From positions 1-37,601 of IMG/VR virus record IMGVR_UViG_3300025018_000062: 37,601 nt of DNA. One strand, given 5' to 3'. This document shows, one piece after another, positions 27,959 to 34,670 of the stretch. The position numbers and the translations under genes were made by a program. Source of the stretch: a virus (lineage: Duplodnaviria; Caudoviricetes). The notes below the pieces were generated by a model. That model saw only the letters and a program-made list of their open reading frames with translations. It was not told the origin of the DNA and made no database searches. Each line of letters begins with the position of its first letter. Position 1 is the first letter of the stretch.

Positions 27959-27974
27959 AAATTTATTTAGTTAT

Positions 27975-28400
27975 TTAGTATTCAACTTCACAAAGTACAA
28001 ACTCTTCTTTGCACCCAAAATTGTCACAAGTAAAAACGATGTCTTCAAGATCTTCTGCATTACCCAGATTCCAACTATATTGTTGAGCAACCTCTAATGG
28101 ATAATCAAGATCAGAAAATTGATCGTGTAAAGCAACTGGATCTTTACAATGAGGGCAATCAGCCCACAACTCGACACTCCAATTCGCATACGATGATTTA
28201 TACTCAGGCTCTTGTAGATTTCGCCTTTTAGCTTCAGCTTGAAGCTCTTCCAGCTTTTTCCTTTTTTTGCTCAATCCAAGATCCAACTCTTTCGACAAAT
28301 CTGGTTGTGTTTTTTTTGTACGAACATAACTATCAATAGTATTTTTAACAACATCTATTTCTTGCCTGAGTTGAGCATCACGCCATTTTGTAATATCCAT
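27975..28400 (-). CDS. Hypothetical protein, coiled coil plus zinc ribbon
   Basis: Start moved to MDITK just after the bet stop; CPHC...CDNFGC. Confidence 0.65.
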   Translation of the reverse strand: MDITKWRDAQLRQEIDVVKNTIDSYVRTKKTQPDLSKELDLGLSKKRKKLEELQAEAKRRNLQEPEYKSSYANWSVELWADCPHCKDPVALHDQFSDLDYPLEVAQQYSWNLGNAEDLEDIVFTCDNFGCKEEFVLCEVEY

Positions 28401-28401
28401 A

Positions 28402-29379
28402 CTATTTCTTTTTAGCTTCTGGAGCTTCTTCAGCATCAACAGTTTTCAGGTTCGGATCAGTCCACATTTCTCCTGCATCCAACTTCTTCCGAATCATTAC
28501 GATTGAAGCCACGATCTGTTTTTTTGTGAGATCTTTTGTACTTTCAACTTTGTACGCTTTTTTGAAAGCATCACGAGGCATTCCAAACTGTTTCAACAGG
28601 GCATTCAACTCTCGCATGTTCTTTGCATCATCAGCCCACCTTGGATCATCTTCGTTCACTTTAATCACGTCTGGATTTGGTTGAGGTGGTGGAGTTGATT
28701 TAGCGTCTTTATTCGGCATAACTGTTGCCGTTCCTTTAGGATGAATGGTTTCTTTTTCCCATTGCTCGCTTTCGTCGTATGTTCCAGCAAATACTTCTTG
28801 AAATGCCATTCGAAGCGTTTGAGCTTCAGCAACTTTTTTGATCATGGTCGCTGGCTTTGAATCCCACAAAGTAGGTTTCATCGGTTGATATTCTTTTTTG
28901 TATTTATCGTATCTTTGCTTCACTTTGCCATCTTCATCTTTGTTTCCTTGGTAGTATTCTTTGAATTCGACAAAATTAAAAACCCCTTTGCTGGAGTTCT
29001 TTCGTTTTACAAGGCAATATGCACCAATTAAAGCCCCACGCTCTTTCAGGTCGTATGAATGAGAAACCTCTGCATTGGCAACATCAAAAGTATCTTTTTC
29101 GTATACAGCATCAACTAAATGAAAATCATATTCAGGATGTTGTTGAGCTACTTTTCTGTAACCATCACGACCAATAAAAATCTGAGCTGGAGCATTACCG
29201 TATTTCACCGCCCAAATTTCCTTTAGGAATGGATTCAAACCTGTTGCCATTCCAATTTGTAAAAACACTTGAAACTCACCAACTGATAGATCTTTTCCGT
29301 AAATGTTTTTGATCTCAGCTAGTTGTTTCTCATCTTTCCACAATGCTGGCTTTTTTGCTTTTTGCAATGCTTTTGTCAT
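28402..29379 (-). CDS. bet: Bet/RecT-family single-strand annealing recombinase
   Basis: TGLNPFLKEIWAVKY, IGRDGYRK, LIGAYC, WDSKPATMIKKVAEAQTLRMAF, YDESE. Confidence 0.92.
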   Translation of the reverse strand: MTKALQKAKKPALWKDEKQLAEIKNIYGKDLSVGEFQVFLQIGMATGLNPFLKEIWAVKYGNAPAQIFIGRDGYRKVAQQHPEYDFHLVDAVYEKDTFDVANAEVSHSYDLKERGALIGAYCLVKRKNSSKGVFNFVEFKEYYQGNKDEDGKVKQRYDKYKKEYQPMKPTLWDSKPATMIKKVAEAQTLRMAFQEVFAGTYDESEQWEKETIHPKGTATVMPNKDAKSTPPPQPNPDVIKVNEDDPRWADDAKNMRELNALLKQFGMPRDAFKKAYKVESTKDLTKKQIVASIVMIRKKLDAGEMWTDPNLKTVDAEEAPEAKKK

Positions 29380-29404
29380 ATTGTTTCGTTATTTATTTAG
29401 TTAA

Positions 29405-29686
29405 TTAGTTATTATATTTATTATAACCCTTGCTCTCTAAAAAGTCGAGGACTGGCTGTGGATCATCGTCCTCAGCTTCATCTAGATCCTCGATGATTTT
29501 GAAGAGCTTCTTGATATCTTCACCTTTGATGTTTTCCTCAACCCAATTCATCAGGTTGTTGAAAGACATGTTCACAGTAATATCCCTGTGAGGCTCAAGT
29601 TGTTCGGGGAGAAGATCACGAGTATGCCTCACATCCAGCCTCCATGAAATATAATTCCTCTGCTTTTCGGTCATGTACCATGACAT
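29405..29686 (-). CDS. Hypothetical early protein
   Basis: 93 aa; MTEKQRNYI motif; preceded by the 17-nt leader repeat. Confidence 0.65.
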   Translation of the reverse strand: MSWYMTEKQRNYISWRLDVRHTRDLLPEQLEPHRDITVNMSFNNLMNWVEENIKGEDIKKLFKIIEDLDEAEDDDPQPVLDFLESKGYNKYNN

Positions 29687-29694
29687 AGATTCAA

Positions 29695-29711
29695 TTAGTT
29701 AATTATTTATT
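29695..29711 (-). repeat. 17-nt leader repeat AATAAATAATTAACTAA, copy 1
   Basis: Exact copies at 30048-30064 and 30622-30638, each 7-8 nt before an ATG. Confidence 0.8.
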
Positions 29712-29718
29712 GCTTGTT

Positions 29719-29913
29719 TTATTCATCGAGCCCAAGATCGTCCGAGCTTGTGAATGAATCGATATCCTCACCATGCTGATCGAGAACGTATTCTGAAACA
29801 AGTTTGTGCATTAGCCTGATCATGGGAATCCCCTCCTCAAGAGCAAGCCTTTTGATTGCTTTTCTTGTTTGTTTGAACACGCTCACCATCGTATAGTTTT
29901 CTGGAACTGGCAT
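29719..29913 (-). CDS. Ribbon-helix-helix-like DNA-binding protein
   Basis: YTMVSV beta strand followed by KQTRKAIKRLALEEG and MIRLMHKLV helices; start at MPVPE. Confidence 0.6.
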   Translation of the reverse strand: MPVPENYTMVSVFKQTRKAIKRLALEEGIPMIRLMHKLVSEYVLDQHGEDIDSFTSSDDLGLDE

Positions 29914-29917
29914 TTGA

Positions 29918-30040
29918 TTATCTGTTAATAATTTCGCAAAATCTGATCGAATGAATCTCAACTACTGAGATAATCGATGCGATTTCGGATTTGGCTCGCT
30001 TCCTATCTTGGAAGAATCGCCATCCGTATCGTTTTTTCAT
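29918..30040 (-). CDS. 40-aa basic peptide (not in the ORF track)
   Basis: MKKRYGWRFFQDRK...; follows the leader repeat. Confidence 0.45.
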   Translation of the reverse strand: MKKRYGWRFFQDRKRAKSEIASIISVVEIHSIRFCEIINR

Positions 30041-30047
30041 ATTTGTT

Positions 30048-30064
30048 TTAGTTAATTATTTATT
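30048..30064 (-). repeat. 17-nt leader repeat, copy 2
   Basis: Exact match to 29695-29711. Confidence 0.8.
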
Positions 30065-30113
30065 TATTTACTGATTCAATTGTATATTATAATTATAATA
30101 ATAACAAGAGCAG

Positions 30114-30122
30114 TTATCCACA
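30114..30122 (+). promoter_or_regulatory. DnaA box TTATCCACA
   Basis: Perfect consensus in an intergenic AT-rich region. Confidence 0.5.
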
Positions 30123-30124
30123 AC

Positions 30125-30150
30125 AAAAAACCCCCATTGTGGGGGTTTTT
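30125..30150. terminator. Bidirectional intrinsic terminator
   Basis: AAAAAA-CCCCCA-ttg-TGGGGG-TTTTT. Confidence 0.85.
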
Positions 30151-30154
30151 GCGT

Positions 30155-30301
30155 TTAGGCGAGAATTTTCTCTTGTTTCAGTTCCATGTTTGCTTTTCGC
30201 TCACAGCTAGAGCTACAAACAGGCAAATGAGAGAAGCCGAAGATCGATTTGATTCGAACTTTTAGCTCAGTCATTTTCGAACAGATAATACATTCCTCCA
30301 T
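30155..30301 (-). CDS. 48-aa zinc-binding microprotein
   Basis: MEECIIC...VCSSSC; start moved to 30301. Confidence 0.6.
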   Translation of the reverse strand: MEECIICSKMTELKVRIKSIFGFSHLPVCSSSCERKANMELKQEKILA

Positions 30302-30311
30302 AGAATTATTG

Positions 30312-30614
30312 TTAAAAATTAGTAACTTCTTCTGGTTTAGTGACCTGTAAACAAACATATTTCACTTGTGGAAGATGGTCGATTTGATTATCCATGTTGT
30401 AGATATCATTCATGGAATCAAATTTACCGTACTGATATTTTTTCAAAAGAGCGTCGATTGTTTCGTAACTTGCATGACCAATGTATTCAACATTCACAGC
30501 GTCACCCATCGAAAACGATTCAGATCGTACAGAGATTTTTGATTTTGGAAATTTTGCTTTCAATTCTTTCTTGATGGCTCTGGCTGTTAAAGCCTGAGAA
30601 GATGCTTGTTTCAT
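30312..30614 (-). CDS. LPD29-like (large polyvalent protein-associated domain) early protein
   Basis: IKKELKAKFP..KISVRS..FSMG.AV...YQYGKFDSMNDIY. Confidence 0.75.
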   Translation of the reverse strand: MKQASSQALTARAIKKELKAKFPKSKISVRSESFSMGDAVNVEYIGHASYETIDALLKKYQYGKFDSMNDIYNMDNQIDHLPQVKYVCLQVTKPEEVTNF

Positions 30615-30621
30615 AGATTAT

Positions 30622-30638
30622 TTAGTTAATTATTTATT
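30622..30638 (-). repeat. 17-nt leader repeat, copy 3
   Basis: Exact match to 29695-29711. Confidence 0.8.
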
Positions 30639-30662
30639 TGATCACTATTTGATCATGTCTAT

Positions 30663-30691
30663 ACTATATCATACTTTGTTTTATTTGTCAA
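30663..30691 (-). promoter_or_regulatory. Strong sigma70 promoter
   Basis: TTGACA-17 bp-TATAGT with extended TG. Confidence 0.85.
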
Positions 30692-30817
30692 GTGTTATAC
30701 ATAGATATACAAATTGCTATACACCTCTATTTTGACCTGAGAGCGTTGAATAGCTCTGAGACGAGTATTTGTACTCGTGGAGCTCTGAGACGATTCTCAG
30801 GTATGTTTATTTTACAT

Positions 30818-31540
30818 TTACGGCATACTCAGAGACTTCTTGAACTCCTCTGGTGAGACGAATGGCATCAGTATCTTGTTTTTGATCTCGTACATATCAG
30901 TTTTGCAATGCCAAGTGTTCCCATTTGATTGAGGTCTAGCATCTCCTTTCTTGAAAAACTCTATCCCATCAATCTGTTCAATGACGTATTTTTTGTAGAT
31001 CCAGCCAATGAATTCCACAGCCTGTTGATCTTTATTCACCAATGAAAACAAATAAATATCATTATGGTAATTCTCCGAATGAACCTGAGAAGCCATGAGG
31101 TTGTTTGTGTATTCAGGTCGACAAAACCAGTTTGTAGGCATTGTTTTCAGGTCGATCTTGTGCCGTCCAATCATGAAATCGATTCCGTTATCAAATCCAG
31201 TTGCTTCAGGTCTAGGCTCTCCAAGTAAATCAGCGAGAACTGTTTCGGCAAGAACTCCAGCATATTGCATTTCTTTATTTCCATCTGCTTCACCTCGTTG
31301 ACCGATATTATTTTGCGTTACAAAATCCCATGCATATTTCCGTTGATCATCGTTGTACTGGATGATATACGATGGATATTTTTCGAGCTTCGGCTTTGGT
31401 TTCGCTGTGCATTTGATGAAATCAGGTGGAACTCTCACAAGCATCATGGCTTGCTGATCGTAACAATTTTCTGGATGCCCACTATTTCCGCAAGGTGGAA
31501 AAAATTTATAAATTTCTTCGATTGTTATTTCTTCACTCAT
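30818..31540 (-). CDS. PD-(D/E)xK nuclease-like protein
   Basis: GVLAE...DNGIDF....KIDLKT motif. Confidence 0.6.
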   Translation of the reverse strand: MSEEITIEEIYKFFPPCGNSGHPENCYDQQAMMLVRVPPDFIKCTAKPKPKLEKYPSYIIQYNDDQRKYAWDFVTQNNIGQRGEADGNKEMQYAGVLAETVLADLLGEPRPEATGFDNGIDFMIGRHKIDLKTMPTNWFCRPEYTNNLMASQVHSENYHNDIYLFSLVNKDQQAVEFIGWIYKKYVIEQIDGIEFFKKGDARPQSNGNTWHCKTDMYEIKNKILMPFVSPEEFKKSLSMP

Positions 31541-31917
31541 AGATCCTTGCTACCCCCCTCCCCAAGTTGCTTTGTTTTTTGCTTTTCTTGCCACTCCCAT
31601 TCAGTCATCACCTCATCTTTAGCAATTTCTGGATAATATGATGGATCGATAATTAGATTTGGATTACTTGGATCAACCCAGCTTCCAAACTTTTTCACGA
31701 CCTTTGTTCCATCCCTCAGCCGAAACTCTTTTGCCGTCCTCCTTTGGTTTGCTTTGAATTTTTCTTCGTTTTCAATTACCTCAATCGAGCTGATGTTGAT
31801 TGCACAATCAAGCTCAGTAATAAATTGCAAGCCCTTTTTACCGATCAAGCCCTGAGTTGTTTTTGGAGAAACCTCGTAGATCTTTCCACTCATCATGCTG
31901 ATAAAATATTTTTTCAT
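31537..31917 (-). CDS. Hypothetical protein coupled to the initiator
   Basis: 126 aa; ATGA overlaps on both sides. Confidence 0.65.
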   Translation of the reverse strand: MKKYFISMMSGKIYEVSPKTTQGLIGKKGLQFITELDCAINISSIEVIENEEKFKANQRRTAKEFRLRDGTKVVKKFGSWVDPSNPNLIIDPSYYPEIAKDEVMTEWEWQEKQKTKQLGEGGSKDL

Positions 31918-32666
31918 ATCACGTTTATTTGATTACTTGTTAAATTGTTTAGATCTTCATCAATGAATTTGTGCACAGTCTCCAGCTTCCAATTGTAGTC
32001 CTTTGCGTTGAGATTCAACCATTCCATGACCTCACGAATTCTTTCTTTGCTATATCCCTGAATATTTTTTGCTGGTCGAAGCTCTCGTTTCAAAGCTGAG
32101 TTGTATTGTTGTTTGTTTTCAAAATTGAATCGTTTCATCACCCAGTAGAGGGCAATGATCCACATTCGAAAATCTTCAGCTGTTGCCATTGTTTGGAGCT
32201 TCTCTTTGAAATCAAAAATCTCAACCTTTTTTTCCTCTGGCAAGATATCTACGTTAGTAGATATCTTCTTCTTTACTTTCTTTACATTCTTCTTAGTGGC
32301 TTTCCGTTGGCTTTTTGTTGGCTTTCCGTTGGCTACTGTGTTGGCTACAGATTGATATTCATTCCAGTTTTGTATAGTGCCTATAGTACCTTTGTTCGTT
32401 TTTTTGATGGCTAACATACCGTCTACAACAAATTGATCAATCCAAAAACGTGTTGTACCCCTTGAGAGCTTGAAAGTTTTGCCTAATTCTTCAAATCCAA
32501 ACAAAAACATTCCCTTGTCGAGAGTTACTCTTTCTCGCTTCCAGTAGAATGTTCGATCCTCATGACTAGCACGAAACATGCACTCTACCCAAATGGCAAT
32601 TGCATTTGGATTACTGTAGAAAGGGTTCTCTCGAAATTTACGATGTAATTTGATCCATCCTTGCAT
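31914..32666 (-). CDS. Replication initiator / replisome organiser (in-frame upstream ATG at 32762)
   Basis: MQGWIKLHRK N-terminus, wHTH region, TIQNWNEYQ, repeat-rich linker VANTVAN. Confidence 0.85.
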   Translation of the reverse strand: MQGWIKLHRKFRENPFYSNPNAIAIWVECMFRASHEDRTFYWKRERVTLDKGMFLFGFEELGKTFKLSRGTTRFWIDQFVVDGMLAIKKTNKGTIGTIQNWNEYQSVANTVANGKPTKSQRKATKKNVKKVKKKISTNVDILPEEKKVEIFDFKEKLQTMATAEDFRMWIIALYWVMKRFNFENKQQYNSALKRELRPAKNIQGYSKERIREVMEWLNLNAKDYNWKLETVHKFIDEDLNNLTSNQINVI

Positions 32667-32681
32667 ACTTCTATAAATAAA

Positions 32682-32760
32682 AAACTTCGAATGCGGTAGC
32701 CAATCAAGCAGTTTCCATTCTGCTCTGGCGATAGCCTTGGAGCTACCACATTCGAAGTTC
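32682..32760 (-). ncRNA. 79-nt three-way-junction RNA leader upstream of rep
   Basis: 19-bp stem (2 G-U pairs on the minus strand) enclosing GGC-UAUC-GCC and AGCAG-8nt-CUGCU hairpins. Confidence 0.65.
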
Positions 32761-32806
32761 ATTATCTATTTTAGTAATCTGGAGTTTGTTTTGATTGATT
32801 ATTATG

Positions 32807-32815
32807 ATTATAACA
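32807..32815 (-). promoter_or_regulatory. Extended -10 promoter (TGTTATAAT) for rep
   Basis: TGn-TATAAT. Confidence 0.65.
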
Positions 32816-32842
32816 TACGCTAGTAGAAAATCATGTTACAAT

Positions 32843-32863
32843 TTATCCACATACTGTTGATAA
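32843..32863. promoter_or_regulatory. Inverted pair of DnaA boxes
   Basis: TTATCCACA (32843-32851) and TGTTGATAA (32855-32863, one mismatch). Confidence 0.6.
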
Positions 32864-32874
32864 CTTTTGAGAGG

Positions 32875-32883
32875 TGATATAAT
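32875..32883 (+). promoter_or_regulatory. Extended -10 promoter (TGATATAAT), rightward
   Basis: TGn-TATAAT divergent from the rep promoter. Confidence 0.65.
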
Positions 32884-32887
32884 ACAT

Positions 32888-32980
32888 GTGCCTTTTGCTC
32901 TCAACGGCAAAGGTATAGATATCCTCCACTTCTATTGCGTTTCTGCCCATCAAATCGCCCCTTGCTTGTGGCGATTTTTT
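32888..32980 (+). ncRNA. Candidate ~90-nt small RNA
   Basis: Promoter, 5' hairpin 32888-32916, unpaired middle, terminator 32952-32980; no credible ORF. Confidence 0.55.
32952..32980 (+). terminator. Intrinsic terminator
   Basis: AAATCGCC-10nt-GGCGATTT-TTT. Confidence 0.7.
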
Positions 32981-33019
32981 GGTACAAAAATGATAGAATA
33001 ACTATAGCTAGGAGAGAAT

Positions 33020-33274
33020 ATGATCGTTCTTTGTGCATGGCATCAACAATATTGGGGAAAAAACGATGTGTATTCGAACCACGTCGATCAGGAGTGGAGA
33101 TCCATTACTCCTGTTGTATCTGAGATGATTGCCAAGCAAGCTGGTGAAATATCTCATGGTCTTTGCCCAGATTGCCACAAGCGACTGGACGAAGAAATCG
33201 AATTTGAAAACAAGCGAAAGGAGTTCCTCAATGGTGGGAACGGTAGGCGAGTATTACGACCAAAACGAGCCTGA
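33020..33274 (+). CDS. Small zinc-binding protein
   Basis: CAWH...ISHGLCPDC motif; SD AGGAGA; TGATAGAAT upstream. Confidence 0.75.
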   Translation: MIVLCAWHQQYWGKNDVYSNHVDQEWRSITPVVSEMIAKQAGEISHGLCPDCHKRLDEEIEFENKRKEFLNGGNGRRVLRPKRA

Positions 33275-33509
33275 AGATCACCACGAACCAGTAGAGGGGG
33301 TACGACCTCCAATTGTGATGCATTGTCTCCAAGAGGGATGCAACCTCACAAGCTGGTACGGTCTCGATCATTGGGAAATTTCCATTGATCGAAGCGAGGG
33401 GATCAAGTCAGGGAAGTACACGTCCATGATGGGTAAAGGCGGTGCTTGCGACGAGCATCGAGGAAAACTCATCTCCAGAAAGGTGGTGATCGAATCTCAC
33501 GAAGCCTAA
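33231..33509 (+). CDS. Hypothetical Cys/His protein
   Basis: Start MVGTVGEY after SD AAGGAG (33218-33223); HCLQEGC...ACDEH. Confidence 0.6.
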   Translation: MVGTVGEYYDQNEPEDHHEPVEGVRPPIVMHCLQEGCNLTSWYGLDHWEISIDRSEGIKSGKYTSMMGKGGACDEHRGKLISRKVVIESHEA

Positions 33510-33579
33510 TCCGCTTCACAGTCTCCGATGCTGGCTCATCGGTGGGTTGGTTGGTAAATCCTCGCAAGGGGTCAGGTCT

Positions 33580-33613
33580 GCTCTCTCCTGTACAATTGAG
33601 AGCTTTTTCTTTT
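33580..33613 (+). terminator. Intrinsic terminator
   Basis: GCTCTC-12nt-GAGAGC-TTTTTCTTTT. Confidence 0.6.
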
Positions 33614-33624
33614 ATAATTCTAAT

Positions 33625-33902
33625 AGCCACACCAACACTTTCGTGGTTAGTGAAGCGTCGTGAGTTCATCCATTTGTTGTTACTATCTAGCAAATGAAGT
33701 GCTGTGGGATGCATACCCAGCGATGAGCGATGATTTGAAAATCCTTGTATCCATTTGACTTCTATCAGCTGAGAGGAAAGAAATGCGAGGGGAGTGATTC
33801 GTCGAAAAAGAATCATCTCGATCTCTGAAAAAGATTCTTGCTTGCATTCACAAGGTTAGAGGCTGGCGATTGTTGATTAAACCCTCGTCGCTTCACGACT
33901 AG
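33625..33902 (+). ncRNA. Large structured RNA (ncRNA or 5' leader of nrdH); family not recognised
   Basis: TATAAT at 33613; nested helices 33650-57/33889-96, 33671-78/33689-96, 33743-48/33850-55, 33782-89/33841-48, 33792-800/33810-19. Confidence 0.6.
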
Positions 33903-33919
33903 CAATTTACAAAACAATT

Positions 33920-34162
33920 ATGACAATAGAAATTTTCTCAACACCAACATGCGGATCATGTAAAACAGCAAAACGATTCTTTGAAGAGCATGGATTTGAT
34001 TTCGTTGAATACGATGTTTCAAAAGACAAAGAAAAAGCTCAAGAGATGGTGGATGAAACTGGTCAAATGGGAGTACCTGTGATCCGAATCATTCAAGATG
34101 ATTATCACGACGTATTGATCGGCTTTAGTCCAAAAAGACTGAAAGAAGCACTCAATATCTAA
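33920..34162 (+). CDS. nrdH: NrdH-like glutaredoxin
   Basis: STPTCGSC active site, EYDVSKD, TGQMGVPVI, IGF. Confidence 0.9.
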   Translation: MTIEIFSTPTCGSCKTAKRFFEEHGFDFVEYDVSKDKEKAQEMVDETGQMGVPVIRIIQDDYHDVLIGFSPKRLKEALNI

Positions 34163-34193
34163 CACCACTCCCCTATTCAACAAGTACCAACAA

Positions 34194-34216
34194 AAAACAG
34201 GCATATCAGCCTGTTT
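34194..34216. terminator. Bidirectional terminator between convergent units, within a longer hairpin (about 34173-34234)
   Basis: AAAACAGGC-atatca-GCCTGTTTT. Confidence 0.75.
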
Positions 34217-34285
34217 TCTTGTTTAGTAGAATAGACAAGAGGGGTAGGGGGGAGGTTTTACCCTTTGTTTATAGGGAGTTAGTGA

Positions 34286-34669
34286 TTACCCCTCTTTTAG
34301 CGTCGTTTTTTGTAATTCATTGGTGGGGGAGTGGTCTGTGATAATTTCTTTCACCTTTTTTGGTTTGATCGATCTAAAATTCCACGTTGCATATAGGTGG
34401 AAAAATAGTGAACAAAATACAAGGGATACAACAAATAGAGATTGTCTGAAATCTGTATTTGCTGGAATAGGAAGCATTTGGAAATAGTGAGATACAAACC
34501 AATGTGTTCTTTGTCCGTTCACCACCAGAACAGCAATGAAGAAAAATAGCAATGACAATGTATGCTGGCTTCGTAATTGTCTAAAAACAATATAATAAAA
34601 AAACGAAATCATTGATGCCATGATCGTATTTAGTGCCGAAAGTAAAATGATGAGTGAAAGTATATTCAT
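34286..34669 (-). CDS. Multi-TM membrane protein (holin/antiholin candidate)
   Basis: Three hydrophobic helices; start MNILSL after the upstream stop. Confidence 0.6.
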   Translation of the reverse strand: MNILSLIILLSALNTIMASMISFFYYIVFRQLRSQHTLSLLFFFIAVLVVNGQRTHWFVSHYFQMLPIPANTDFRQSLFVVSLVFCSLFFHLYATWNFRSIKPKKVKEIITDHSPTNELQKTTLKEG

Positions 34670-34670
34670 A

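Noticed and set aside
29695-30638. 17-nt repeats as a mini-CRISPR array
   Set aside because: Spacing is 350-570 nt with whole genes between copies, and there are no cas genes.
9588-31917. Alternative genetic code (TGA or TAG recoding)
   Set aside because: Core genes are full length in code 11, and TGA and TAG end genes at tight junctions such as the ATGA overlaps at 9588, 25886 and 31914.
5146-32414. Numerous plus-strand ORFs in the track
   Set aside because: Antisense shadows of well-supported minus-strand genes, with no motifs or start signals.
33446-33816. ORFs 33469-33816 (-) and 33446-33697 (+)
   Set aside because: No recognisable motifs or start context; they cross a terminator and dense base-paired structure, so a non-coding reading is preferred.
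33625-33902. Known RNA families (RNase P from GAGGAAAG, pistol from CGUGGUUAG, hammerhead from GAUGAG, tmRNA, SRP)
   Set aside because: Only short fragments match; the other required conserved elements and pairings are missing.
34241-34263. G-rich tract as a G-quadruplex
   Set aside because: Too few clean G-tracts; it is explained by a G-U-rich hairpin (GGGTAGGG/TTTTACCC) in the convergent terminator region.
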